From Octopus vulgaris (lineage: Eukaryota): a stretch of DNA of 64,000 nt. Location: NCBI GenBank assembly GCA_951406725.2, contig OX597829.1, positions 46,748,001 to 46,812,000 on the forward strand. Direction: 5' to 3'. The notes beneath the pieces were generated by a model. The model made no database searches and was not told the DNA's origin. It worked only from the letters and a program-made list of their open reading frames with translations. A program made the translations under genes and the position numbers. Numbering within the stretch: the first letter of the stretch is position 1; each line of letters opens with the position of its first letter. This document shows positions 41,713 to 55,998 of the stretch, piece after piece.

Positions 41713-41882
41713 AGGCGCAGGAGTGGCTGTGTGGTAAGTAGCTTGCTAACCACGTGGTTCTGGGTTCAGTCCCACTGCGTGGCATCTTGGGCAAGTGTCT
41801 TCTGCTATGGCCCCGGGCCGACCAATGCTTTGTGAGTGGATTTGGTAGACGGAAACTGAAAGAAGCCTGTCGTATATATATT

Positions 41883-41919
<37 letters not shown>

Positions 41920-42135
41920 TTGTGTGTCTGTGTTTGTTTCCCTAGCATTGCTTGACAACCGATGCTGGTGAGTTTACGTCCCCGTCACTTAGCGGTTCGG
42001 CAAAAGAGACCGATAGAATAAGTACTGGGCTTACAAAAGAATAAGTCCCGGGGTCGATTTGCTCGACTAAAGGCGGTGCTCCAGCATGGCCGCAGTCAAA
42101 TGACTGAAACAAGTAAAAGAGTAAAAAGAGTAAAG
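41713..42135 (+). mobile_element. SINE family A full-length copy
   Basis: tRNA-like head ggcgcaggagtggctgtgtggtaag...gggttcagtccc, CORE-like cttgggcaagtgtc, internal microsatellite, repeated agtaaaag tail. Confidence 0.9.
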
Positions 42136-43455
42136 AGAAGCGTGTGTGTCTCCAAGAGCTAATCCTAATCTTTCATTTAAGGCTAACAAGACTTAAAATT
42201 AAAATAAGACATTTCTCGGTTAGACACAGGTTACCGTGTAGTTAAGTTTGCATGTATTTGCTTCAGTGTTTGTTGTGTGTTTTCATATACGTGCTTTACA
42301 TGCCCACGGGCAGCAATTGAGACGTCTCGTGCATGCAGTGAACATGCCAGGTTTCGTTTCGCTACCGAGTCTTTTATGGTTAGCTTGGATGGGGGGAAAA
42401 AGAAACACTTCAGAGATCAACTGAATTTCACATTGCTGGAGGGCTGCATCGGTCAACCTAAGGAAACTACAAGCCATGTCATCTTCGAATTACAACCAAA
42501 GTTCTTCATAGAAAGGAACAAACATACAAACAAACAAACAGTGCATTTCGCAATTCAATGTTAAGGATTGTGTCTGTAGAAATAAACGGCTTTGCCTTTT
42601 GCTAGAAAGCCTTTGAATAGACATTATTGAACAAAAGCTAATCAGTAATTATATTTAAACAAGAACAACAAAAATGACACTTGATTATACAAATTTCATT
42701 GTTGGAATGACATTCAGGACATGAATATAAACGCGCTCAGTACAATAAACAAAAGCGTTCATATACGCATAGCTATAAAACTTTCCCTGCAACTAAACAT
42801 TTATATGTAAATTGCTATATGTAAATATACTATTCATTTTTGCTGGTATATCGTTTAAAGCCACAATATTGTTTTTTATAATATTTACGCCTTATTTTTG
42901 AAATTATTATTGATTTTTATGGGGGATGGGCTCTCTGCTAAATGAACCTATTATCGTTGACATATATGTATAAATTCACGTGTATACATACACATACATA
43001 CATACTGATGTCCTTATCAGCACATACGCAAGCATAATATATGGACATACGCATATAGAAACACACTTTCATGAAAATATCATCTTCAGAAGAGACATCA
43101 ACTGTTCAATAAAAATACAAGAAATCTTAATAGCCTTTTCCAGAGATGTACCCTTTTATTGTTATCATGTTCCACAAGCTCATTGAGATACCGCATCCAA
43201 AGAATTTATATTTGCGCAAATGTTTAATATATTGTAATTTTTAGTTTTGATGTTATTTATTTACTTCGTACACAATACGTAAACATCGGTGTCTTTGGTT
43301 CCGGTTTCCATTCAGTGATTTGCTGCACTTTTAACACTGCAAGTGACAAGGGAGATTCTGCTACTTGGTACAGAAAAGATATCTAAGGATTCGTTAAGAA
43401 ACCAGCACGATATTTTGTTGCTTATTTTCAGCTGATATTCCTCAACAAAATACTT

Positions 43456-43557
<102 letters not shown>

Positions 43558-44673
43558 ATAAGTTATGCCAGAAGGAGAGTTTGTCAAGCGTAGGTCTACA
43601 CAGCCATAGCAGGAGATGTATTAGGACATGAAATGTAAAAACCGGATTGAATTATTTTATGCGCAACTCCATTGTCTCCTGAGACAAAATGGATGCCAAC
43701 AATAAGTTATGAAGAGGAATCTTATAATCGAAGCATATCTCAAAAAATACTAAACAATGTAACATTATATACCGTCTCTTCTACAGTAAAACTCAAAAGC
43801 AAAGTATAGGAAGCTCAAAACTGTCACCAACAGTTTTTTTTTTTTTACCTATTATGGTTTTGTCTTTGCCTAACAATGAAAACACATATAGTATTATGTT
43901 TGAAGGCCTTGTGTTAAAGGGTAAAGAACCCCTTCACTTATGAATGACCATAGTATTGCACTTAGAAAGTTCCCCGCCAAAGCACAAGTCCGGCAAGGTT
44001 GTTTTTAGAAGACCAGCAGTCACCCAATACTTGCCAGCTTCCTCTCTCCACACCACTGATGTTATCCAAGGGAAAAGCAAAGGCCGATACAGCTTGGCAC
44101 CAATGATGTCACAACTAATTTCCGTTGCTAATTGAACTGGAGCAACGGGAAATAAAGTGTCTTGTTCCGGGTATCGAACTAACTACCTCATGATCGTGAG
44201 CCTGACGCTCTAACTACTGGGTCGTGCGCCTTCATTTAGGCAATGCGTCATTTGGAACGTAATACGACGCACTGGGTTAAATATGAAATATATATTTGTT
44301 TACTCTTTGCATTCTGCTATTTCAATTCAGTCATAGGAGTGCGGCAATGCTAAGACACCACTTTGAAGGGTTCTGGTCGGTGCCATCGATCGAAGAACAT
44401 ATCTTTAAGCTGGAGACATGATATTTGTTTGTGGAATGACTATGTTACAAAGATGTGGACGAATAGCATTATTTTTGCCTTTCATCCTTTCAGGGTAGAT
44501 AAAAAAGAGTAAGTACCAGTTGAACACTGGGCTCGATCTAATCGAATCAACACCCCATCCCCACCTCCGAACCTGCTAGTCGTGTGCCAAAATTTCAAAC
44601 CATTATTTTCTAAGCGAGGCAAACATAAAATCAAACATGTACACATCCACATGCACTAATGTATGTATGTATG

Positions 44674-44751
<78 letters not shown>

Positions 44752-44752
<1 letters not shown>

Positions 44753-44969
44753 TTTATTTAAAGCAGCAGAAAATTCAACAAAACCTGTTACTCTGAGTTT
44801 CACGTTCCCGTTCGTGCTATAGCAAAAGCTGTCCGACGAACGGGAACGTGAAACTCAGAGTAACAGGTTTTGTTGAATTTTTCTGCTGCTTTAAATAAAG
44901 CATATTACTCTACCACTGGTACTTGAGTACTCTTTTTCCACCTTGTTTCACATTTATGTGTTTACTCCG

Positions 44970-44970
<1 letters not shown>
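44752..44970. mobile_element. Inverted-repeat hammerhead element
   Basis: Arms 44752-44815 and 44836-44900; (TA)n on both sides. Confidence 0.8.
44829..44866 (+). ncRNA. Minimal hammerhead, CCGACGA core variant
   Basis: CUGU-CCGACGA-ACG ggaa CGU-GAAAC-UCAGA-GUA-ACAG. Confidence 0.75.
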
Positions 44971-45019
<49 letters not shown>

Positions 45020-46059
45020 GCTGCTGCTTGGACCCTTTGCATCACGTACTGATACACTAGTGTGTTTTTTTAGCATTATATCTATATACAAGACGTTTCC
45101 TCAAGACGTTTTTTTGCAATATATCAACATTGTGTAAGATATATACTGTTATTCCGAATTAATACTGCTTCTGTTATATAGTATTATATCATTTTAATTA
45201 ATACGAAAACTGCTTTTCCTGAAACATGACAAACTAGAAATCCAAAGATTTTTGTCATTCTGTTGGAATCAAAAACTATTTTGCCAGGAAGCGGATTCTC
45301 AAAGCAGAATAAAGATCTTTTATAATAACTGATGAAACTGAAGTTTTTTGTTCACGCTCCGTAATAAATTTTCTTTTCACTCCATAATGCCACCTGCATC
45401 CAAAAAAAATCATAAAAAGCACTTTACACTATGTTGCCAAAGTGTCTTCTTACGAGAATTTTGATTACAATTATGGTAATAGTATGATATAAAGAAAACA
45501 GAGGCGATGGCTTTCTCCATTAAATTTACCTCACCATCCATCTTTATTCTTCTGTGCTTCGTCGTGCTTATCGACTGGAAAAGCTCCAACTTTTCGAACA
45601 ACTATGATTCTCGTTATACGCATTTACATAAAATCTTCTATTGTGCCCTCAAAAATTTTAAATATGAAATTTTAATAGTGAAATATTTTCCTTATGACAG
45701 CGAAAAAAGGAATCTAAATAGAACAGAATTAGTGTTTCCGCGGCATTGTCATCATCTTCACTATCAACATCTCCGTCCTCATCACCACCGTCTTTATCAT
45801 TATCAGACATCATCGTGCCATCGCCGGTGCTCTCATCGTCTTCGTCATCGTTTTTGTCGACGTCGTTATCATCACCAAACGTCCATCGGAAACCAACCAC
45901 CGCAACCACCACTACCGTCACCCACATCGTCATCATCATCATCATCATCATCGCCATCAACACCATCATCATCCCCACCACCACCACCACCACCACTACC
46001 ACCACCATCACCGTCACCACTGCCACCTGCTGCACGATTCTTGTATTTAATAAACTTAA

Positions 46060-46230
46060 GTTCACGTTCTGAGTTCAAATTCCGCCGAGGTCGACTTTGC
46101 CTTTCGTCCTTTCGGGGTCGATAAATTAAGTACCAGTTACGCACTGGGGTCGATGTAATCGACTTAATCTGTTTGTCTGTCCTTGTTTGTCCCCTCTATG
46201 TTTAGCTCCTTGTGGGTAATAAAGAAACAG
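46060..46230 (+). mobile_element. SINE family B 3' portion
   Basis: cacgttctgagttcaaattccgccgaggtcgac...gtgggtaataaagaaac. Confidence 0.85.
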
Positions 46231-46470
46231 TTATTTTACCATCCACCACCAACGCCGTGGTTCTGACTACGAAATACCAAATAGCCTTCGAGTCATTCTC
46301 TTACCGACGAAAGAAGAGAAGGACACACGTTGGATAATGGAGTCATAGATACACAAGGACACCAGATACAGTGAGATCTGAAATCGTTTCCATCTTCTGT
46401 CTGCTGGTTCAAAACTAATTTTAGTTAGACAACAAAAACACCGTAAAATAAATACGTCTTAATGACTCGT

Positions 46471-47350
46471 AAAGGCGGCGAGCTGGCAGAAATGTAAGCA
46501 CGCCGGGCGAAATGCTTAGCAGTATTTCGTCCGTCTTCACGTTCTGAGTTCAAATTCCGCCGAGGTTGACTTTGCCTTTCATCCTTTCGAAGTCGATAAA
46601 TTAAGTACCAGTTGCGTACTGGGGTCGATCTAATCGACTGGCTCCCTCCCCACAAAATTTCGGGCCTTGTGCCTAGAGTAGAAAAGAATATAAGAAGATT
46701 TCTAAGGCGGTACGCTGACAGAAATGTTAGCACATCGGGCAAAATGCTTAGTGGTATTTCGTCTGACTTTACGTTCTGAGTTCAAATTCCGTCGAGGTCG
46801 ACTTTGCCTTTCATCCTTTTGGAGTCGATAAATTAAGTACTACTTATGTACTGGTGTCGATCTAATCGATTGGTTCCCCCTCCTCAAAGATGTCAGGCCT
46901 TGTGCCTAGAGTAGAAAAGAATCATTATCACGCCGGACAAAATGCCTTGCGGCATTTCGTCCGCCCTCACGTTCTGGTTTCAAATTCCGTCGAGGTCGAC
47001 TTTGCCTTTTATTCTTTCTGGGTCGCTAAAATGAGTATCAGTTGAGTATAGGGGTCGATGCAATCAACTTACTCTCTCTCCTAAATTGCTGGCTTCGTGC
47101 CAAAATTTGGAATCAGTATTTCACTTTGACTAAAAGCGGTGAACTGGCAAAATTGTTAGCATGCCATGCAAAATGCTTAGCGGCATTTCGTTCATCCTTA
47201 TATTCTGAGTTCAAATTCCCCCGAGATTGACTTTACCTTTCGTCGTATCAGGATTGTTAAAATAAATAGCAATTGAGAAATGGGGTCGATGCAATCGACT
47301 TACTCCCTCCCCTAAAGTGCTGGTCTTGTGCCAAAATTTGAAATCAGTAT
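46471..47350 (+). mobile_element. Head-to-tail array of four family B SINEs
   Basis: Units start at about 46471, 46703, 46928 and 47132. Confidence 0.85.
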
Positions 47351-48520
47351 TTCTCTCTAACTCATAAATATAAACTCTGCCCTCTAAAAAAGTTGGTGAG
47401 TACAGCTAAGAATCTTCTAGGAGTTATGCTTTACTCGAATGCTTTCAATGTGATCTGCGAACTTGTTTACAAACCATTTTAAATGTCTGTTGAATTTCTC
47501 CAAGTACTAAAATGTCTTCCTCTATCTTCTTTCGCATTGAATACATAGATCTCAACTCAACTCAAAACCTCATCCTTCTTGCCTTTAATGAACACCACCT
47601 TTCTGTCTTTTATGATTCTAGAACCGAAATAAAATTTGTTTTCTTCACCAATTCGAACTCATTAACCACAACGTCTTGTCTTTCAATTATTTTCGAAATT
47701 TTTCTTACATTAAAATGCCACTTTTTAATCTAATCAGAGCGATCGAATCTCCGCGTGTTACATTTCATACTCCACATCTTTTGACAATCGAAAATTTCTG
47801 CTACATTAAAAGTAGAGTAATTATTGGTTGGAAATTCTATAATTCTCCAATTCTATATTTACTCGATACACCGCCATTAAAAACGTACACTGCACATCAA
47901 TTTTCATAAGTAGTTTAGCGTAGAGATATTTTACCTATTGCTGCATATTAAGGGAACCGACAATAAACTAATATTATTTAAGACATTACAACTTAACCTG
48001 TATATATCCGATAATGTGATGATAAGTGAGAGAGACCGCGAAAGTAACCTTCTTTCTGGTCACTACAAGAAATAGAAGTCCAGTTATACTCAATCTACAT
48101 ATAAACATCTTCATTCAAAACTGGGAAAAGATGTCTGGTAATGAAGTCCTGTAAAATATACGTCTAGGAATAAGATGAGCTGTACGTGGCAGAAACACTT
48201 CGAGAATATGTCTGCTTCATCAGAATTGACCTGGTGCCAAGCAAAAGCTACAAGAGCAATAACAAAACAACAACAGCAACAACAAAATCAAAAGCAACAA
48301 CAAAAACAAATACAACCACATAACTTGCAAGTTATCTCACATCCTAAAACTGCAGACGGGTTTTCTATCCAATTGCCAAGAGGAATTCTATTAACTTTAC
48401 AGAATACAAAGATCTTCCTCTTCTAAATAAAGAAGATGTCACTAAAATCAGTACCACCGCTGATAACACTACATAATTTGCAATCATTGTTAGCTTCCGA
48501 TTCCAAAGTCATCGCTCCCA

Positions 48521-48609
<89 letters not shown>

Positions 48610-49065
48610 ACACACACACACACAGAGAAAAGCTAACTTACAGGCACATCATAAAACGTAAATATTGAAAGCTTTACAAGTAACATTAGCTAACAAAGCC
48701 GCCGCTGGTGCTAAAAATCTATCTTCCGTCTGTTAATTATAAACATTGCAACTCTCATCCGACGATTGCCCTTACGGTGCTTTTTTTCAAACTTATTCTC
48801 TCTCCGCGTATCTTATCTCAAGCAAATTCAAATTAATGACCTCACTTCTTGGTTTTGACCATCTAATACTGTGATGGTGGTGGTGGTGTTGGTAGCGGGA
48901 AAAGAGATGAAGATTATATGTGGTCATTCAACTAAGAAAATATAACAATTTAACAATAAATATATTACCGTACAGTTTTTTAAAAGCAGGGAGGGTATCG
49001 TGTGAGCTTGTGCAAGGGTGGGTGTTCGTGTGTGTGTGTATGTATGTATGTGTATGTGTATATGA

Positions 49066-49107
<42 letters not shown>

Positions 49108-49158
49108 GTATATATATATATATGTGTGCATGTATATATATATATATATATATATATA

Positions 49159-49668
49159 CTAGCAGTATCGCCCGGTGTTGCTCGGGTTTGTAAGGGAAAT
49201 AACTATATAAGCATTTTTAGAGAGTTACTTCCCTTATAGATGCCAATTCGGGCTTTCTTAGCCATTTCTGTTTTGGTGTCTTCAAGCCATGAAGTCGTTG
49301 TTCTAAAAGAACGCTGGTCTCCTTGACAACGCATTACGACGTTGATTTCTTTACACTCCCTTCCCCACAGCTTCACGAGGGAGGGAAGGGGGAGAAGCAA
49401 ACAGGTGCAGCTGTGAGCGTGGACGCCAACTCCGCCGCCATCGACACACGAAAAATTATGCATTAAAATGGAATAAAAAATGATGTTAAATTATTTTTAA
49501 AATCGTAGACTCATCGTAGATGCGCGCTAATAGCCAGACGGGCTTGATATGAATCACGACTATAAGATACCCGAATTTGGTTAAACTGCACCGCAAAATG
49601 TGTGAGTAGTTAGGAATCTAAATCGAAGGTGACAGACACTCACACAACTAGAGTTTTATATATATAGA
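49159..49668 (-). mobile_element. Non-autonomous Helitron variant with a different internal segment
   Basis: Same termini as 19029-19423; 49240-49455 is absent from the other copies. Confidence 0.8.
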
Positions 49669-49692
49669 TATATATATATATTTATAAATGTG

Positions 49693-49751
<59 letters not shown>

Positions 49752-49811
49752 ATATATATAAATGTATATGTGTTTATATATGTATGTATGTATGTAATCT
49801 CAAAAATATAT

Positions 49812-49847
<36 letters not shown>

Positions 49848-49902
49848 ATGTATATGTATATATAAGTATGTATGTATACACATACATATATATAGATAAA
49901 TG

Positions 49903-49935
<33 letters not shown>

Positions 49936-50363
49936 GTATACACATACACGTTGAGAGGAACACAGCGATATAAACGCGCACGCGTGCCAGCTGACTGGTA
50001 AATAACCGTATCGACTGCAGTATTTCTTAAAGAAGTAAAGCGTAAGCGAAACATAACTAAAACTGTATAAGTTTGTATGTGTGCACGTGATTATAATTAA
50101 TGCAACGTACCATATACTTATATGAATGACTAAAATAAATTTGGCTTTTCGGAATATATTTCCGAAGTTCGGACAACACAACTAGCTTTTGCTAAATTCC
50201 TTTCAATCTTGAAGGGACATCTATTGAATAGTTTAGTGGGAGTGAAATAATCGGAAATTGACGAAAAATTAAGTGTCTCATATATATATAATAGCACCAC
50301 CTGGTGCTATTAAGTTAGACATGGTCTGGTCCAATAATGGCCGAAACCTATCAAAGTATCAAA

Positions 50364-50407
<44 letters not shown>

Positions 50408-50425
50408 GAGACACTTATATATATA

Positions 50426-50476
<51 letters not shown>

Positions 50477-50477
50477 T

Positions 50478-50875
50478 TTTTTACTTGTTTCAGTCATTTT
50501 GACTTGGCGATGCTGGAGCACCGCCTTTAATCGAGCAACTCGACCGCGGGACTTATTCTTTGTAAGCCCAGTACTTATTCTATAGGTCTCTTTTGCCGAA
50601 CCGCTAAGTGACGGGGACATAAACACACCAGCATCGGTTGTCAAGCAATGCTAGGTGGACAAACACAGACACACAAACATACACGCACATACATATATAT
50701 ATACATATATACGACGGGCTTCTTTCAGTTTCCGTCTACCAAATCCACTTACAAGGCATTGGTCAGCCCGAGGCTATAGTAGAAGACACTTGTCCAAGGT
50801 GCTACGCAGTGGGACTGAACCCGGAACCATGTGGTTGGTAAACAAGCTACTTACCACACAACTGCTCCTGCACCT
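50478..50875 (-). mobile_element. SINE family A copy
   Basis: Reverse complement of 41713-42135. Confidence 0.9.
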
Positions 50876-51102
50876 ATATATATATATATCTAATGTAGGA
50901 TAAAACTTTTTTCGAAAAAAATTCTTGGCCAGCATATTAAAAATACCTTTAAAGGTTAAATTTGTAAACAATTCATAGATAAGGGCAAACGAAAGAATTA
51001 TATGGTTAAAGGACAATATGTCCAATTTTTCGGCATATTTGGCATTAGAAATTTTTTAGTTTGCCCTTATCTATGAATTGTTTATATATATATTTATATA
51101 TA

Positions 51103-51170
<68 letters not shown>

Positions 51171-52174
51171 GACATTGATAGTGTAAAGTCTTCTTCCATA
51201 CTGAATCGTAAACCGCGAGAGATGTAACAGCGGAAGTCTATTTCTCAACAAGAAAACAGCTGCCATTTTCAGATGACGTCGAACCGAAAGAGTTAAATCG
51301 TCTTTGCTCAAGATGCGGAGAATAAGAGTGCAAAGAAGATGACGGAATGCCAATTGTAGATCTTTCTAAATTAAACTAGAAACGACTGAACAAAATAGAT
51401 AAGATGAGATAATTATAGAACAGAGTAAAAGGAATATTATAGTCATCAATCTTACCAAGTTTTAAGTAATATACATTACTCACTCGGGAATCAGCTTTTT
51501 GGAATTACTTGACGAATGAAGAAAGAAGAGAACTAGCATTTGTCATCGCAATAATTATATAAATTCTCTGCTGAACAGATCATATTGGCAAACCCAATTT
51601 ACTGAATATATAGATTATTGCAGTGTAATAAAAACAGATATTTTCATTTTAATGGGATGTTTTCGGGTTCTGTAAATATATTTTATTGACCCAGTGCTAA
51701 CCTTTCCTTAATGTATACACAATCAAAATCGATGCGTACAGAGCTTCAAATAGAAATTCGCTAGAATTATCTCAGAAAAATATCAATATGTATCTGAATG
51801 CGCATGCGTGAGGTAGTGATATGGTACGAACATTGGATGCAGTATAAGTGTATAATGATAAAGTATGTATCATAGCAGAATCGTTATTGAATTTCATTAT
51901 ATATTTACACATTGACTCACAGATAAAGGCGTGCACGTACACACACACATACACGTACACACACACATACACACACATACCAATATACGTACAAACACGT
52001 ATATACATGTATTCGTATGTGTAGGCACTACTTACGCGTATACAAGTGTGTGTCTGACTATGTACGTTTAGCTATATGCGCATACGCATATATAATCATA
52101 CACGCACACTCACAGACACACGCGCATAAATTGTCAATAGAAATATTCATCAGCGTATGCAGACGCATCACATG

Positions 52175-52478
52175 TATAGAAGCACTCCGTCGGTTGCGAC
52201 GACGACGACGGTCCCAGCTGACACGATCAACGGAACAGCTTGCTCCCGAAACTAACGTGATAGTGGTTGAGTACTCCACGGTCACGTGTACCCTTAACAT
52301 AGTTCTCAGGGAGATTCATCGTGACACGGAATGCGGCAAGGCTGTCTCTTTTGAAATACAGGTACTACTCGTTTTTGCCTGGAGAGTGAACTGGAGCAAC
52401 GTGAAATAAAGTGTCTTGCTCAAGGAACTGAACTCACGACCTTATGAGCCGAATGTCCTAACCACTAAGCCACGCGCC
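52175..52478 (-). mobile_element. SINE related to family C (alternative head)
   Basis: Shares the gaagcactccgtcggtt...gtacccttaac tail with 19880; head like 61310. Confidence 0.75.
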
Positions 52479-52479
52479 T

Positions 52480-52583
<104 letters not shown>

Positions 52584-52733
52584 GGACAGACGACCGAGAG
52601 AGAGAGAGAGAGAAAGAGAGAATATATGCATATATCTGTATGAATTAACAAGCTGACATATACACTGAATATGCATGTTCGCGTGCGCTCGTGTGTGTGT
52701 GCGCTTGTATGTGTGTGTGTTTGCGTGTGTGTA

Positions 52734-52764
<31 letters not shown>

Positions 52765-52889
52765 TGTATCGACTAAAGTCTGCTACTCATAGTCTTAAGG
52801 CATGTGATACACACACAAGCGCACATACACACATATACACACACACATACAATGACACACACAGAGAGGCATACACACACCCAAGCGCG

Positions 52890-52930
<41 letters not shown>

Positions 52931-53073
52931 TGTAGTCTAATACGTTTGCATGTGTGTTTGCGTATGTGTGTGTTTTCTCCCGCGCTCGTGTATGTGCTTC
53001 TGTGTGCGTGTGTGTGTGTATGTGTGTCTATTGTATCGAATAAAGTGTGCTGCTCATTGTCTTAAGGCAGGTG

Positions 53074-53111
<38 letters not shown>

Positions 53112-53304
53112 ACATACAAGCATATACACATACAAGCACACACACACACACACAAGCATATACATAGAGGCATAAACACACACACACAAGCACACATACA
53201 CACACAAAAACACAAACACACACACACACACATATACATTAGTCTAATATATTTGCGTGTGTGTTTGTGTGTGAGTGAATGGGTTGCTTGATTAGTTATT
53301 GAAT

Positions 53305-53492
53305 TGAGAGAGAGATAAAGAGAGACATGAGGGGACGTGGAAAACGAGATGGAATGAGAGAGAGAAAGAGAGAGAGAGAGAGGGAGAGAGAAAGAAAAGG
53401 AAAGAGAGAAAGAAAGAGAAAAAGAAAGAGAAAAAGAAAGAGAAAAAGAAAGAGAAAAAGAAAGACAGAAAGACAGAAAGAAAGAAAGAAAA

Positions 53493-53533
<41 letters not shown>

Positions 53534-53800
53534 AATAAATAAGGAAAAGGAAAGAAAAAGAGAAATAGAAAGAAAGAAAGAGAAAGAAAGAAAGAAAGAA
53601 AAGGAAAGAGAAAGAGAAAAAGAAAGGGAAAAAGAAAGAGAGAGAAAAAGGAAAGAAAGAGAGAAAGAAAGAAAGGAAGTAAGAAAAAGAAAGAAAGAAA
53701 GAAAGAAAGAAAGAGAGAAAAAGATAGAAAGAAAGAGAAAAAGAAAGATTGAAAGAGAGAAAGAGAACAAGAAAGAGAAAAGGGAAGAAATAAAGAACGC
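53305..53800. repeat. Polypurine (GA/GAAA)n tract
   Basis: Seen directly. Confidence 0.95.
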
Positions 53801-54107
53801 GGGAAAGAAGTAATAATTGAAACCAAATTAAATATTATTTAGTAGATGAAACCCTTATAAAGTATTATCGATTTATTTTACTGTGATCCTCGGCTAGTTT
53901 AATGCAAATCTAAAGTGATAACACAGACATAACAAATGACATTAATAACAATAATTTTATCATTTCCAAACGTTCCAATTAAATTTTGCTGATTGCTTAT
54001 TAAATTTCTAATCACAAACACCTTGTTTTCAGTATAAATTTTTACGTAAGAATTAATATTACAAATTAAATTTCTATATAAGGGGAGGGGGGAAGAAAAA
54101 AATGTTA

Positions 54108-54276
54108 AGGCGTGGGTGCGTGGTAAGAAGCTTGCTTCCCGACCACGTGGTTCCCAGTTCAGTCCCACTGCGTAACACTTTGGGCAAAAGTCTTCTATTA
54201 TAGCCTGAGGCCGACCAAAACCTTGTGAGTGGATTTGGTAGACGGAAACTGAAAGGAGCTCGTCGTGTGTGTATGC

Positions 54277-54307
<31 letters not shown>

Positions 54308-54645
54308 TTTGTGTGTGTGTGTGTGTATGTATGTGTGTGTGTGTGTCTGTGTGTATGTATGTGTGTGTGTCTGTGTGTATGTATGTGTGTGTCTGTGTGT
54401 GTGTGGGTGGGTGTGTGTGTGTGTATGAGTATGCCTTTGTGTCTATATCTATCCCCATCACCACTTGATAACTGGCGTTGGTGTGTTTACTTCCTCGTAA
54501 ACTAGTGATTCGGCAAAAGATGCTGATAGAATAAGTATTAAGCTTTTTTTTAAAAAATTGGTCCGGGGTCGATTTGTTCGACTAAAACCCTTAAGGTACT
54601 GTCTCAGCACGGCCGCAGTCATATAACTGAAACAAGTAAAAAAAA
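54108..54645 (+). mobile_element. SINE family A, diverged copy with expanded (TG)n
   Basis: Head gtggtaagaagcttgcttccc...; tail ggccgcagtcatataactgaaacaagtaaa. Confidence 0.8.
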
Positions 54646-54904
54646 TAATAACAGATATCTTTAAGCACCTGCTTTTGTCATTGGGTGTTCTCAAGACAAT
54701 TTACAGATGTAATTTCCGAGGGTAAACGTTGTATTTATATAGGTACCACGCAAATTTTTATTAAAAAAACTTACTTCTAACCATATTTTCAGTCTTGATA
54801 ATAGAAATAGATCTTCCACAAGCCTTGGTAAATTTATTTGGGATTTTAAGGACAACAAAACAAGTTTATTTCTGCTGCGGAGTGGGAAATCATAAGCAAG
54901 GCAA

Positions 54905-55121
54905 CTCTTTACTCTTTTTACTCTTTTACTTGTTTCAGTCATTTGACTGCCGCCATGCTGGAGCACCGCCTTTAGTCGAGCAAATCGATCCCGGGACTTA
55001 TTCCTTGTAAGCCCAGTACTTATTCTATCGGTCTCTTTTGCCGAACCGCTAAGTGACGGGGACGTAAACACACCAGCATCGGTTGTCAAGCAATACTAGG
55101 GGGACAAACACAGACACACAA

Positions 55122-55165
<44 letters not shown>

Positions 55166-55326
55166 ACGACAGGCTTCTTTCAGTTTCCGCCTACCAAATC
55201 CACTCACAAGGCATTGGTCGGCCCGGGGCTATAGCAGAAGACACTTGCCCAAGATGCCACGCAGTGGGACTGAACCCGGAACCATGTGGTTGGTTAGCAA
55301 GCTACTTACCACACAGCCACTCCTGC
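54905..55326 (-). mobile_element. SINE family A copy
   Basis: Reverse complement of 41713-42135. Confidence 0.9.
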
Positions 55327-55918
55327 TTACAAACCTGGAAACTCGTTTTGCTCTCTCTGTCTAGAAAAGTTGCATATAATATTATTTTCTAGACGAAGTC
55401 TTTTAAATGCTAAGATAGAAATTGGATTTTCTTGTGTCCATGCATCAAAATGAACGTTTAGGCACTATAATTAGGTTTATAGTAATCATTGATAATTGCT
55501 TATATATCAAGGATATTTATATATTTAAACAGATCAACATTTCTAGTATAATGCAGTTTTTCAGGTATAATACATTAAATAAGTATAATATACTAATTGA
55601 ATATTGTAAATGTAAGCTAAATCCGATACAAGTGACAAAGTATAACTATTTTACTGTAAATTTGATTAAACATACTTCTCTGAAATATTTAGTTGAAATT
55701 ACTATGGTAAACTAATACACTAAACTTAAGATATAACATCTTAAATTAATAATAACTTTAGTGTACTTCGTTATAATAAAAAATTTTCTATATATAATAT
55801 CTAATAATATGTAGGTTTTGCTTTTACTTACGTAATGAATATTGACCGTATATGTACGCAAATATTGATGACGTAACAATTTTAGACGATTGTTTAAAAA
55901 CGTATGCTCAACTACTTG

Positions 55919-55989
<71 letters not shown>

Positions 55990-55998
<9 letters not shown>

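Noticed and set aside
45507-46124. 205-aa His/Ser/Pro-rich ORF
   Set aside because: Made of (CAT)/(CAC) microsatellite running into a SINE.
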